Source: an uncultured Christensenellaceae bacterium
GTDB lineage: Bacteria > Bacillota > Clostridia > Christensenellales > MGBC116941
DNA: 44,282 nt
Assembly (NCBI GenBank): GCA_910585035.1
Contig: CAJUEF010000001.1
Span: forward strand, 81,846-126,127
Direction: 5' to 3'
The position numbers and the translations under genes were made by a program. Shown here in pieces: positions 26,836 to 40,922 of this stretch; the first letter of the stretch is position 1, and the number at the start of each line of letters is the position of its first letter. The notes beneath the pieces are model-generated. The model did no database searches. It worked only from the letters and a program-made list of their open reading frames with translations, and had not been told where the DNA came from.

Positions 26836-28982
26836 ATGAACTAAAACAAAAGGTATTGGATATATACGCAGAAGAAGATTATAAGCTTTTTGAAAAGGCC
26901 TATAACTTTTCCAAAGAAGCACATAAGGATCAGAAGAGAATGTCCGGTGAGCCTTACTTTATACATCCTTATGAGGTTACAAATATCGTTATAGGCTTAG
27001 GACTGGATATAGATACGGTTTGCGCTGCGCTGCTTCATGATGTGGTGGAGGATACAGATGTTACTCTTGAAACTATTGAAAAGGAATTTAATCCATCTGT
27101 TGCCCGTCTTGTGGACGGGGTTACGAAGCTTAGCCGCATTGGAAATATATCTAAAGAGCAGCAAGCTGCAGAAAGCATTCGTAAAATGTTTTTGGCTATG
27201 GCAAAGGACATACGGGTTATTTTTATTAAGCTGGCTGACAGGCTCCACAATATGAGAACTCTTGAATATGGAGACAGAGAAAAACAAATTAGGAAAGCAA
27301 AAGAAACCATTGAAATATACGCTCCTCTTGCTCACAGGCTTGGCATATATAAAATAAAAGGAGAGCTTGAGGACCTGTGCTTTAGATATTTATATCCCGA
27401 GGATTATTTTGAATTAAAGCGTGTTGTTGAGGAACATATGGATGAACGCCGTGCTTTTCTTAGAGACACTATGAAACAGCTTAATAAAAAAATTGAAGAA
27501 AACAACATCAGGTGTGAGATAAATGGAAGGGATAAATCGCTATATAGTATATATAAAAAAATGAAAATGAATAACAGCACCTTTGAGCAGATATATGATA
27601 TTACTGCAATCAGAGTTTTAGTAAATACTATTAAGGATTGTTATTCTGTGCTTGGAATAGTTCATGACAGCTGGATGCCTATTCCCGGTAGATTTAAAGA
27701 CTATATTGCAATGCCAAAGCCAAATATGTATCAGTCTCTGCATACCACACTTATAGGTGAAAAGGGAATTCCCTTTGAGATACAAATAAGAACTTTCCAA
27801 ATGCACAGAACAGCGGAATACGGTATATCCGCACACTGGAAATACAAAGAGGGCAGAGAGACGGATGATTTGGATTCCAAGCTTTCGTGGCTGCGTAGCC
27901 TTATGGAGTGGCAAACCGACCTTAGGGATGCAAATGAATTTATGCAGACATTAAAAGTGGATTTCTTCTCCGATATAGTATTTGTGTTTACTCCAAAGGG
28001 AGATGTGCGTGATTTGGTTAAAGGCAGCACTCCTCTCGATTTTGCTTATTCTATTCACAGCCAAATAGGCAATAAGTGTGTTGGGGCAAAGGTGAATAAC
28101 CGTATTGTTCCTATAAGTTATGAACTAAGCAGCGGTGATATTGTTGAGATAATTACATCTAATTCTTCTAAAGGACCAAGCACAGACTGGCTGAATATTG
28201 TTAAAACTCATCAGGCCAAGAGTAAAATACGTCAGTGGTTTAAAAAGCAGCTTCAAGAAGAACACATTATAAAAGGAAAAGAAATTCTTGACAAGGAGTG
28301 TAAAAAGAAAAATACTTCTTTAAAACAAATTTTAACTCCGGAGTATATAGAATACGTTTTGAAAAAACACCGTATGCCTACTATGGATAATATATACGGC
28401 GCTGTCGGATATGGAGCTTTAACTGCCATACAGGTTTTAGGCAAGGCGTTTTCCGAACTGGATATAAAGGAAAAGGAAATGATGCCTCTTCCTGAGATGC
28501 CAAAGGGACTGCCGGTTCCAAAGGGTAAAAGTGTTCGGGGAGTGTATGTTGAAGGCAGCGATGATATGCTTATTAGGTATTCTAAATGCTGTAATCCGCT
28601 TCCGGGAGATGAAATTGTAGGATATATTACAAGAGGGCGCGGAGTTTCCATACACCGTAAAGACTGCAGCAATCTTGCTTCTATGGATATAGAACCGGGC
28701 AGGTTTATAAATGTTGCATGGGCAGAGGACGAAAGCCAGGATTATTATATTGCCCAAATACAAATACACGCAGTGGAAAGCAAGGGAATATATTTTGTGG
28801 TGACTAAAACTATAAATGACATGGATATTGAGGCAGTGTCAATTTCCGGAGGTATAAACAAAGATAAAGAAGCAGTTATTGATATATCTGTTAAAATAAA
28901 AACCACAAGACAGTTAAATGCAATGCTCAAAAAGCTGCGCATGATACCTGATGTTGTGGATGTGTTTAGGGTGGGAAAATAA
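26832..28982 (+). CDS. relA: Bifunctional (p)ppGpp synthetase/hydrolase RelA/SpoT (Rel)
   Basis: Has an HD hydrolase domain (HPYEVTNI...LHDVVEDT), a synthetase domain (RDKSLYSIYKKM, DITAIRVLV, YQSLHTT), then TGS and C-terminal ACT-like domains. Confidence 0.95.
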   Translation: MNELKQKVLDIYAEEDYKLFEKAYNFSKEAHKDQKRMSGEPYFIHPYEVTNIVIGLGLDIDTVCAALLHDVVEDTDVTLETIEKEFNPSVARLVDGVTKLSRIGNISKEQQAAESIRKMFLAMAKDIRVIFIKLADRLHNMRTLEYGDREKQIRKAKETIEIYAPLAHRLGIYKIKGELEDLCFRYLYPEDYFELKRVVEEHMDERRAFLRDTMKQLNKKIEENNIRCEINGRDKSLYSIYKKMKMNNSTFEQIYDITAIRVLVNTIKDCYSVLGIVHDSWMPIPGRFKDYIAMPKPNMYQSLHTTLIGEKGIPFEIQIRTFQMHRTAEYGISAHWKYKEGRETDDLDSKLSWLRSLMEWQTDLRDANEFMQTLKVDFFSDIVFVFTPKGDVRDLVKGSTPLDFAYSIHSQIGNKCVGAKVNNRIVPISYELSSGDIVEIITSNSSKGPSTDWLNIVKTHQAKSKIRQWFKKQLQEEHIIKGKEILDKECKKKNTSLKQILTPEYIEYVLKKHRMPTMDNIYGAVGYGALTAIQVLGKAFSELDIKEKEMMPLPEMPKGLPVPKGKSVRGVYVEGSDDMLIRYSKCCNPLPGDEIVGYITRGRGVSIHRKDCSNLASMDIEPGRFINVAWAEDESQDYYIAQIQIHAVESKGIYFVVTKTINDMDIEAVSISGGINKDKEAVIDISVKIKTTRQLNAMLKKLRMIPDVVDVFRVGK

Positions 28983-28983
28983 A

Positions 28984-29436
28984 ATGATTGCAGTTTTACA
29001 ACGAGTAAAAAAAGCGCAGGTATCGGTTTGCGGAAGTGTTATCGGCAAAATTGACAGCGGACTTATGGTTCTTTTTGCCGTGGAAAACGGTGATACTAAA
29101 GAGCATATGGAAAAGCTGTGTGATAAAATGATAAATATGCGTATTTTCGGTGATGAAAACGGAAAGATGAATTTAAGTATTTTGGACACGGGAGGCAGCT
29201 TGCTTTTAATATCTCAATTTACTCTTACTGCTGATTGCAGAAAAGGCAGGCGGCCAAGCTTCATAAATTCTGCGCAGCCTGATATTGCAAAAAGTTTGTA
29301 TGAGAAAACCGCTGAATATATACGGAAAAAATACGGAGTTAAATGTGAAACAGGAGAATTTGGCGCAGACATGCAAGTGGAGCTAATAAATGACGGACCT
29401 GTTACAATTATACTTGATACCAAGGAGTTGATGTAA
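28984..29436 (+). CDS. dtd: D-aminoacyl-tRNA deacylase
   Basis: Contains MIAVLQRVKKAQV, the SQFTL motif and the C-terminal NDGPVT motif. I prefer ATG 28984 because the upstream ATG 28951 overlaps relA. Confidence 0.92.
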   Translation: MIAVLQRVKKAQVSVCGSVIGKIDSGLMVLFAVENGDTKEHMEKLCDKMINMRIFGDENGKMNLSILDTGGSLLLISQFTLTADCRKGRRPSFINSAQPDIAKSLYEKTAEYIRKKYGVKCETGEFGADMQVELINDGPVTIILDTKELM

Positions 29437-30039
29437 ATGAAAATAAAAAAGCTTATTCTTGGGAGAATTAATAATAACACATACATAATATCCAATGAAA
29501 ATAGTTGTATTGTTATTGATCCCAGTATGGAATATAAAAAGATTATTGGATATATAAAAGAGAATGATTTAAAGGTTGAAGCAATATTAATAACTCACGC
29601 TCATTTTGACCACGTTTATTCTCTTTACGAGCTGGTGATGGATACCGGCGCACCTGTATATATGCATGAAGATGATTTTTGGCTTTATGAAAAGTCAGTT
29701 GAAAAGCTAAGGACAAAAGAGGTAGACGTGCAGTATCCACTAAAGGGTGGAGAAACTCTTGAACTTATTGGTGAAAAAATTGAGGTGATACATGTCCCTG
29801 GACATGCGGAAGGATGCGTATGTTATATTATTGATGATAATATGTTTACCGGAGATTTTATATTTAAAGGCTCTGTTGGAAGAACAGACCTTCCAACGTC
29901 TAACCAGCAGGATATGAACGAAAGTTTGAAAAAATTTACAAAAATAGACAGGGATTTAAAAATATTCTGCGGACATGGAGATAATTCATCTTACTATGAA
30001 GAAATGAATAACAATCCATTTTTAACAGGACTCAAGTAG
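29437..30039 (+). CDS. MBL-fold metallo-hydrolase
   Basis: Has the HxHxDH motif (THAHFDHV) and downstream His/Asp ligands (PGHAEG, GDFIFKGSVGRTD, CGHG). Confidence 0.85.
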   Translation: MKIKKLILGRINNNTYIISNENSCIVIDPSMEYKKIIGYIKENDLKVEAILITHAHFDHVYSLYELVMDTGAPVYMHEDDFWLYEKSVEKLRTKEVDVQYPLKGGETLELIGEKIEVIHVPGHAEGCVCYIIDDNMFTGDFIFKGSVGRTDLPTSNQQDMNESLKKFTKIDRDLKIFCGHGDNSSYYEEMNNNPFLTGLK

Positions 30040-31419
30040 ATGTATTATGATGTTCATGAATTACAGCAGGTGGTAAATGAGTTTGTTCCTGTGTTTAAAA
30101 ATGAATTGATTATGGAATACAGTGATGAAATCAAAAATGACATATATGGATTTAAAGCTGTTATAAATGGTAAAAGTTATGTTTATTCACATAATGTTGA
30201 TAAGGAAAACTTAAAAGCAAAGATTAAATTTTTTTCAAAAAATGATGTTTATGACTCCTTATCAAATTATACCGGAATTAGTATTCCATGGGGCAGCCAC
30301 ACGGGAGTAAGACCGGTTGCTATTGCAGGAAAGCTTTTAAGGCAAATTGGTGAAGAAAACACCGTTGAAGCTTTGGTGAATGATTATAGAATGAGCAAGG
30401 AAAAAGCTCGGCTTTGCACTAATATTGCTTTAACGCAGCAGCCGCTTTTAAATAACAACAAAAAAAGTATTGACGTTTATATAAGCGTTCCCTTTTGTAT
30501 TTCAAGATGTACATATTGTTCTTTTTCACTTATAGGTATTGAAAAGAAAAGACATCTTCACAGCACTTACACAAAGGCCTTATGCAGTGAAATTGAAGCA
30601 GTCGGAAAGGCTGTTGTGGATATGGGGTATGTTCCAAGATGCCTTTATATAGGAGGAGGTACTCCAACGGCTATAAGACCGGAATTGCTGGATATGATAA
30701 TGAAATCTGCTGCAAAGGTGTTTTCTGATTTTAAAGAATTTACGCTGGAGGCAGGACGTGCCGATACTATAGATACAGATATGTTAAAGGTAATAAATAA
30801 ATACAATGTTACCCGTTTTAATATAAATCCTCAAACTATGAACGATGATATTCTTAAAGGCATTGGCAGAAACCACAGCAGTGAAGATGTCTTTACCGCA
30901 TATGAGTTGGTTCGCTCCAATGGACATTTTAATGTCAATATGGATGTTATTGCAGGGCTTCCGGGAGAAACTATTGAAAGCTTTAAAAATACCATTGAAA
31001 AAGTGTTAAAAATGGATCCTGAAGCTATTACAGTTCATACCTTTGCCCTTAAAAGAGCAAGCAGTTTAAAGAAACAAGACTATGGCATAAAAGGAAACAG
31101 TGTTGCTGATAAAATGCTGGAATATGCATATAAGAGACTTGGTGAGATGGGTTATAATCCATACTATCTATACAGGCAAAAAAATATGGAGGATAACGGT
31201 GAGAATGTTGGTTTTTGCAAAAAAGGCTATGAGTGTGTTTATAATATAGACATCATGGAAGAAAACACTCATATTCTTGCATTTGGAAGTGGAGCTGTAT
31301 CAAAAAGAATTAAGAATGACGGGCTAATAAGACGCTCTGATCCCAAAGACATTGAAGTGTATATTGACAGAATTAAAGATACTGTAAATAAGAGCATTGA
31401 ATTTTTCTCTAAAAATTAA
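30040..31419 (+). CDS. HemN/HemZ-family radical SAM protein (oxygen-independent coproporphyrinogen-III oxidase-like)
   Basis: Contains VPFCISRCTYCSF (CX3CX2C), the GGGTP motif and a HemN-like C-terminal region. The exact substrate cannot be inferred from sequence. Confidence 0.8.
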   Translation: MYYDVHELQQVVNEFVPVFKNELIMEYSDEIKNDIYGFKAVINGKSYVYSHNVDKENLKAKIKFFSKNDVYDSLSNYTGISIPWGSHTGVRPVAIAGKLLRQIGEENTVEALVNDYRMSKEKARLCTNIALTQQPLLNNNKKSIDVYISVPFCISRCTYCSFSLIGIEKKRHLHSTYTKALCSEIEAVGKAVVDMGYVPRCLYIGGGTPTAIRPELLDMIMKSAAKVFSDFKEFTLEAGRADTIDTDMLKVINKYNVTRFNINPQTMNDDILKGIGRNHSSEDVFTAYELVRSNGHFNVNMDVIAGLPGETIESFKNTIEKVLKMDPEAITVHTFALKRASSLKKQDYGIKGNSVADKMLEYAYKRLGEMGYNPYYLYRQKNMEDNGENVGFCKKGYECVYNIDIMEENTHILAFGSGAVSKRIKNDGLIRRSDPKDIEVYIDRIKDTVNKSIEFFSKN

Positions 31420-31485
31420 AGGGTTTAATTTAATGCTCTTTAGTGTTAAAATGTTAGAGTAATAAATTTTTATGGAGTTATACTA

Positions 31486-32262
31486 TTGAAGCTTTGCAGG
31501 TTTATATATGATGAAAAGCCTTGTCTTGGTGTTTTAAAAGGTGAAACTGTATACCAAATAAAAGAAAAGAATTTGTTTGGCAGCATAACAACAGTGGGGG
31601 CAGGTATTCCATTAAACAAAATTAAATTTATGTGTCCTACAGGTCCAAAAACTATTTTTGCAGTAGGGCTTAATTATAAAGACCATGCGTATGAAATGAA
31701 TATGAAATTGCCAAAAAGTCCTCTTATATTTTTAAAGGCGGTATCATCTCTTACGCCGCACAAAAGTTTTATTTTAAAACCTAATCAAACAAAGGAGCTG
31801 TCCTTTGAAGCAGAACTTGCTGTTGTTGTAAAAAAGAGATGTAAGAACATATCCGTATCCATGGCGGCTGAATATATACTTGGCTATTCCATAGTGAACG
31901 ACGTGACGGCAAGGGACATTCAGCGCATTGAAAGCCAGTGGACCAGGGCAAAATCCTTTGATACTTTTTGCCCCTACGGACCTGTTATTGAAACTGATAT
32001 ATCAAAGGTCAAGGGGAAAATAAGATCTTACATTAACGGACGTATTATTCAGGACGGGATGCTTTTTAATATGATTTTTTCACCCTTTGAGATTTTTTCA
32101 TACCTAAGTCACCAGTGTACCCTTGAGGCAGGAGATATAATTGCCACAGGAACCCCAAAGGGTGTTACAACTGTTAAGCCAAGTGAGACAGTTATAATTG
32201 AAATTGAGGGTATAGGCAGGCTGGAAAACAAAGTGCTTGATGAAGATAAATATATAATTTAA
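31486..32262 (+). CDS. Fumarylacetoacetate hydrolase (FAH) family protein
   Basis: Has the FAH-fold blocks GLNYKDHA, FEAELAVVV, NDVTARDIQ, WTRAKSFDTFCP and ATGTPKGV. TTG start. Confidence 0.85.
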   Translation: MKLCRFIYDEKPCLGVLKGETVYQIKEKNLFGSITTVGAGIPLNKIKFMCPTGPKTIFAVGLNYKDHAYEMNMKLPKSPLIFLKAVSSLTPHKSFILKPNQTKELSFEAELAVVVKKRCKNISVSMAAEYILGYSIVNDVTARDIQRIESQWTRAKSFDTFCPYGPVIETDISKVKGKIRSYINGRIIQDGMLFNMIFSPFEIFSYLSHQCTLEAGDIIATGTPKGVTTVKPSETVIIEIEGIGRLENKVLDEDKYII

Positions 32263-32342
32263 AGAAAGGAGCGGTACATGGCGCAAAGATTTATGAATTA
32301 AATTTCTTTTGCGCTAATCAAAAGTATCGTACGGCGATTATT

Positions 32343-32631
32343 ATGATTAATTCAAAAATAGCAAGCAAACAAATGGATGAGCTTTTTGAAGCCATTTTAA
32401 AGCTTAAAGACGTTGATGAATGCTATGCATTTTTTATAGACTTATGTACTGTTGCCGAGCTGCAGTCTCTCTCTCAGAGGTTAAGCGTTGCAAAACTGCT
32501 TAAAGAAAAAGTGACTTATAATGATATTGTTGGAAAAACAGGAGCTAGCACGGCTACTATAAGCCGTGTAAAAAAATGCCTGGATTATGGAACGGGCGGA
32601 TATGATATTGTGTTAGAGGATAAGGAAAATA

Positions 32632-32654
<23 letters not shown>
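32343..32654 (+). CDS. TrpR-related YerC/YecD family DNA-binding protein
   Basis: The roughly 100-aa product contains LCTVAELQSLSQRLSVAKLL ... TGASTATISRVKKCL, a TrpR-like helix-turn-helix. It lies upstream of pcrA-ligA. Confidence 0.8.
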
Positions 32655-36784
<4,130 letters not shown>

Positions 36785-36880
36785 AACTCATTTATTATAA
36801 TATAAATGGGTTTTTATAATAAAAAGTGCAATTTATAAAAACATAAATTGCAAAAATGTATATCCTTTTCATAATTTTTA

Positions 36881-36909
36881 TTGCAATAACAGTAATTTGA
36901 TGTTATCAT
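36881..36909 (+). promoter_or_regulatory. Sigma-A-type promoter for gatCAB
   Basis: TTGCAA (36881-36886) is separated by a 17-bp spacer from TGtTATCAT (extended -10 ending at 36909). The GAAGGAGG ribosome-binding site and ATG 36938 lie downstream. Confidence 0.45.
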
Positions 36910-36937
36910 AAAAGAATATTGAAGGAGGTAAACAGCA

Positions 36938-37210
36938 ATGGTTAAAATTGATATGGACAGAACTTCTCAAATAGCCTTTATAAAGCTGACAGATGAACAA
37001 AAAAAGAAGTTTGTGGAAAGTATTTTAAATAATATTGAAGGAATAAAAAAAGCGGGAAATCTTGAAGGAATAAATCCTACTACTAAGATTACTAAAAATA
37101 TCTGTTATAGAAAAGATGAAGTTGTTTCTCCATCTAATCGCGAGGACCTCTTAAAAAATGCAAAGGGCAATTCAAACGGTGCGTTTAGCGTACCTAAGAT
37201 TGTTGAGTAA
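36938..37210 (+). CDS. gatC: Asp/Glu-tRNA(Asn/Gln) amidotransferase subunit C
   Basis: The 90-aa product has a GatC-like pattern (IAFIKLTDEQKKKF...RKDEV) and lies directly upstream of gatA and gatB. Confidence 0.85.
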   Translation: MVKIDMDRTSQIAFIKLTDEQKKKFVESILNNIEGIKKAGNLEGINPTTKITKNICYRKDEVVSPSNREDLLKNAKGNSNGAFSVPKIVE

Positions 37211-37224
37211 GGCGGTGAAGGAAA

Positions 37225-38520
37225 ATGATAAATATTGATTCTTTAAAATGCCAGGATGCAAAAGCTGATTTTGCGTTAAAGATACCTGAAATAAAAAAAC
37301 TAAATGAAGAATATAAAGCGCTTGTAACAATTTGCGATTCAGTGGACGATTTGCCAAAAGGAAGTCTTTACGGTGTTCCTTTTACGGTTAAAGATAATAT
37401 TTTAACTAAGGATTTGCTTACAACCGCATGCAGCAAAACTCTTGAGGATTATTGCCCTTATGAGGATGCTCATGTTGTAAAGCTGCTTAAAGAGCAGGGA
37501 GCAACGCTTGTGGGAAAAGCAGTTATGGATGAATTTGCTTTTGGCTCAACCGGAGAGAGCTCATGTAACAGCGTTGCATTAAATCCTTTGGATAAGGCTC
37601 TTACAACAGGTGGAAGCAGCAGCGGAAGCGCTGTTTCTGTTGCTTGCGGCATGGCCGCTTTTTCTCTTGGCTCCGACACAAGCGGTTCTGTTCGCCAGCC
37701 GGCAGCTATGTGTAAAGTGGTGGGAGTTAAGCCTTCTTACGAAACAGTTTCAATGCAGGGACTGTTTACCTGTGTTACCAGCATGGACTGTATAGGTGTT
37801 TTAGCCTCTAATGTAAAAGACAGTGCCAAGATTCTTGAAACAATATCCGATGGGAAGATTTCAGGAGATGTTAAAGAAAATAAAAATATCACTATAGGAA
37901 TCCCTCAGGAATATTTTGATTATTCTTTGCTTGATAAAAATGTAAAAGATCAGGTTATGAGCGCTATTGACAGTCTGAAAGCCGACGGATATAAGGTTGT
38001 TCCTGTGAGCATACCTACATTTGACTCTCACTGGGTTGCTTATAACATTATTGGCAGTGCAGAAGTATCTTCTAATTTCGGCAAGGTAGACGGTATTAAG
38101 TTTGGACATCGTAGTGAAGGAAACAGCTGGGAAGAAATATTTGTAAACTCCAGAACAGAGTGCTTTGGTGAAAAGGTTAAAGAAAGAATAATTAAAGGTA
38201 CATATTTTCTTGGTGAAGAAGGATATGGTTATTTGCAGGATGCTCAGCGCATAAGAACCAAGATAATATCTGATTATGAAAAAGCTTTTGAAATTTGTGA
38301 CGTGCTTATAACCCCTACGGTTCCAACTCTTCCTTTTAAGGTGGGAAACGCAAGAGGAGACGAAGATATATTTACAGTTGCAGCCGGACTTGTGGGGCTT
38401 CCTGCAATTTCAGTTCCGTATAAGGATACGGGAGTTCAGGTAATGGCAAAGAGAAATGATGAGGCAGCAATGTTTAGTATGGCAAATGAAATAGAACAAA
38501 TTGCGAAGGAGGGACGGTAA
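37225..38520 (+). CDS. gatA: Asp/Glu-tRNA(Asn/Gln) amidotransferase subunit A
   Basis: Has the amidase signature GGSSSGSAVSVACG...SLGSDTSGSVRQPAA and the catalytic Lys context PFTVKDNI. Confidence 0.9.
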   Translation: MINIDSLKCQDAKADFALKIPEIKKLNEEYKALVTICDSVDDLPKGSLYGVPFTVKDNILTKDLLTTACSKTLEDYCPYEDAHVVKLLKEQGATLVGKAVMDEFAFGSTGESSCNSVALNPLDKALTTGGSSSGSAVSVACGMAAFSLGSDTSGSVRQPAAMCKVVGVKPSYETVSMQGLFTCVTSMDCIGVLASNVKDSAKILETISDGKISGDVKENKNITIGIPQEYFDYSLLDKNVKDQVMSAIDSLKADGYKVVPVSIPTFDSHWVAYNIIGSAEVSSNFGKVDGIKFGHRSEGNSWEEIFVNSRTECFGEKVKERIIKGTYFLGEEGYGYLQDAQRIRTKIISDYEKAFEICDVLITPTVPTLPFKVGNARGDEDIFTVAAGLVGLPAISVPYKDTGVQVMAKRNDEAAMFSMANEIEQIAKEGR

Positions 38521-38522
38521 TT

Positions 38523-39941
38523 ATGGAATATGAAGTTGTAATGGGCTTAGAGGTTCACGTTGAGTTGGGCACAAAAACAAAGCTGTTTTGTTCATGTCCC
38601 AATACATTCAGCACTGAGCCGAACGTCTTTTGCTGTCCTAAATGCGCCGGCCTTCCAGGGGCAGTGGGAGCTTTAAACGAAAAGGCTATTGAGCTTGCTT
38701 CAAAAGCGGGGCTATCCCTGGACTGCACTATACAAAATAACAGCACTTTCGACAGAAAGCACTACTTTTACCCTGATCTTGCATCGGCCTACCAGACTAC
38801 TCAGTTTTACCGTCCTATTTGTGTAAACGGTCATGTGGACTTAAGTGACGGCAGTTCTATAGGCATTAAGCAAATACATATTGAGGAGGATGCGGGAAAG
38901 CTTGTACACGATCCTTATATAGACGCCTCATACGTTGACTACAACAGGTCAAGCAGATGTCTTATTGAAATAGTAAGCCAGCCTGATTTTAGAAATAAAG
39001 CTCAGGTAATCGAATATTTGGATACATTGCGCAGCAGGCTTATATACGCAGGTGTTTCTTCATGTAAAATGGAAGAGGGAATTATGCGCTGCGATATAAA
39101 TCTTTCTGTGCGTGAAAAAGGCTCGGATAAGCTTGGAGTTAGAACTGAAATAAAAAATATGGCGTCTTTTAGAAGCATTGAAAGAGCAATAGAATCTGAA
39201 ACAAAGCGTCATATTAAATGTATTGAAACAGGTGAAAAGCTTATTCAGGAAACAAGGGGATGGAATGACGAAACAGGACAGACCTTTGCAATGCGTGAAA
39301 AGGAATATGCTGTTGATTACAGGTATTTTCCTGACCCAGAGCTGCCGGAAATAATAATTACCGATGAAATGATGGAAAAGTTTAAAAGTGAAATTCCGGA
39401 ATTTCCTAAAGCGAAAATGCAAAGATATCCAAAGGATTACGGACTAAGCGATTATGATACGGAAATTATTGTCAGTGAGAAAAAGCTTGCAGAGCTGTTT
39501 GAAAATACTGCAAAGCTCTACTCAGGATATAAGAACATAGCAAACTGGATAATAGGAGATTTACAGAGTATTATTAAAGAAACAAGCATTGAAGATATAA
39601 AAATAACTCCTGAAAGCTTTGCTTCACTGCTTAAAATGGTTGATGAAAGCGTTATAAACACTTCTACAGGAAAAAGTGTTTTTGCCAAAATTGTTTTATC
39701 CGGTGAGGACCCTAAATCAATAGTTGAAAAAGAAGGGCTGGCTCAGATAAGCGATGATGGCGCTATTCGTGAAATGATTATAAAAGCTATTAATGAAAAT
39801 CCTAACGTAGTTGCCGATTATAAGGGAGGTAAAGAAAAGGCCCTTACTTTCTTTGTGGGACAGATTATGAAGGCTACGAAAGGAAAGTGCAACCCTAAAA
39901 TTGTTAATGAGATTTTAAAAGAGGAGTTGGCAAAGGCATAA
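38523..39941 (+). CDS. gatB: Asp/Glu-tRNA(Asn/Gln) amidotransferase subunit B
   Basis: Contains GLEVHVELGTKTKLFC, RKHYFYPDL, IHIEEDAGK and a C-terminal YqeY-like tail (FFVGQIMKATKGKCNP). Confidence 0.95.
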   Translation: MEYEVVMGLEVHVELGTKTKLFCSCPNTFSTEPNVFCCPKCAGLPGAVGALNEKAIELASKAGLSLDCTIQNNSTFDRKHYFYPDLASAYQTTQFYRPICVNGHVDLSDGSSIGIKQIHIEEDAGKLVHDPYIDASYVDYNRSSRCLIEIVSQPDFRNKAQVIEYLDTLRSRLIYAGVSSCKMEEGIMRCDINLSVREKGSDKLGVRTEIKNMASFRSIERAIESETKRHIKCIETGEKLIQETRGWNDETGQTFAMREKEYAVDYRYFPDPELPEIIITDEMMEKFKSEIPEFPKAKMQRYPKDYGLSDYDTEIIVSEKKLAELFENTAKLYSGYKNIANWIIGDLQSIIKETSIEDIKITPESFASLLKMVDESVINTSTGKSVFAKIVLSGEDPKSIVEKEGLAQISDDGAIREMIIKAINENPNVVADYKGGKEKALTFFVGQIMKATKGKCNPKIVNEILKEELAKA

Positions 39942-39969
39942 ATTTTTAGTATAATTAAACAATAAATGT

Positions 39970-39997
39970 ATTAGCAGTAAGATGTCTTACTGCTAAT
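39970..39997 (+). terminator. Hairpin terminator after gatB
   Basis: A 12-bp perfect stem ATTAGCAGTAAG / CTTACTGCTAAT with loop ATGT is followed by CTTGTTG, a T-poor tail. Confidence 0.5.
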
Positions 39998-40035
39998 CTT
40001 GTTGACTACAAAAAATTTTTTTGGAGATAATTGAT

Positions 40036-40911
40036 ATGCACAGTATGACTGGTTTTGGTTCCGGTAAATGTCTGGAAGATGGCAGAGAGGTAGCTGTTGA
40101 ACTTAAAAGCGTTAATCACAGATTTTTGGATATAAACCAAAAAATGCCTAAGTTTATTTCTTTTTTGGATATTGTTTCCAGAGATGTTATTTCAAAAAGA
40201 ATAAGCAGAGGACATTTTGAAGTATTTATATCTTATACCAATCAGCGTGATGACTCGAAAAAGGTGGAAGTTGACAGTCAAATGCTAAGTCAATATATGG
40301 ATGCATTAAATGAAATTAGTAAAACCTATAGAATTGGCAGCGAAATAACTTTTGACAATATTATGAGAATGCAAGGGGTATTCACTGTTACAGAGCAGGA
40401 GGATGACCAAGAGGCAATTATAAGTATTGCACAAAAAGCCCTTAATCAAGCTTTGGATAATCTTATTGTTATGAGAAAGGCGGAAGGTGAAAACCTTCAT
40501 AAAGATATTGAAAAGCGCATGGAGACAGTTAAGGAAATTTTTAATGTTATTATTGATGAAGCGCCAAAGGTACCTGTTGAATATATGCAAAAGCTTAAGG
40601 TAAGAATTAGGGAATTAATGTCTGATATTAATTTTGATGAAGCGAGAATTATGACAGAAGTCGCTGTTTTTGCTGACAAATGCAATATTGATGAAGAAAT
40701 AACCAGATTTAAAAGTCATATTATGCAGTTTGAAAAGACTATAGAAATGAATGAGCCTGTGGGAAGAAAGCTTGATTTTACCCTTCAGGAAATTAACAGA
40801 GAAATAAATACAATAGGTTCTAAAGCAAATAACGCTACTATTACAACTGCTGTAATGGATATTAAGGCAGAGCTGGAAAAGGTAAGAGAACAAGTACAAA
40901 ATATAGAATAG
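40036..40911 (+). CDS. YicC family stress-induced protein (putative endoribonuclease)
   Basis: Has the N-terminal MHSMTGFG motif, VELKSVNHRFLD, and the C-terminal DUF1732 block with EINREINTIGSKAN. ATG 40036 follows a GGAGA ribosome-binding site. TTG 40021 is possible but less likely. Confidence 0.88.
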   Translation: MHSMTGFGSGKCLEDGREVAVELKSVNHRFLDINQKMPKFISFLDIVSRDVISKRISRGHFEVFISYTNQRDDSKKVEVDSQMLSQYMDALNEISKTYRIGSEITFDNIMRMQGVFTVTEQEDDQEAIISIAQKALNQALDNLIVMRKAEGENLHKDIEKRMETVKEIFNVIIDEAPKVPVEYMQKLKVRIRELMSDINFDEARIMTEVAVFADKCNIDEEITRFKSHIMQFEKTIEMNEPVGRKLDFTLQEINREINTIGSKANNATITTAVMDIKAELEKVREQVQNIE

Positions 40912-40922
40912 AGGATATTTCC

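Noticed and set aside
32278-32314. A 7-codon mini-ORF (MAQRFMN) with an AAGGAG ribosome-binding site, plus a bulged hairpin GCGCAAAGA/TCTTTTGCGC, upstream of the yerC-like gene
   Set aside because: It is too short and unsupported to call as a leader peptide. The hairpin is more simply a weak terminator or 3' stem for the upstream FAH-family gene.
37225-38520. GatA is about 50 aa shorter than the roughly 485 aa I expect
   Set aside because: The amidase signature and the catalytic Lys and Ser contexts are intact, and the missing residues are spread over several short gaps. There is no sign of truncation or a frameshift.
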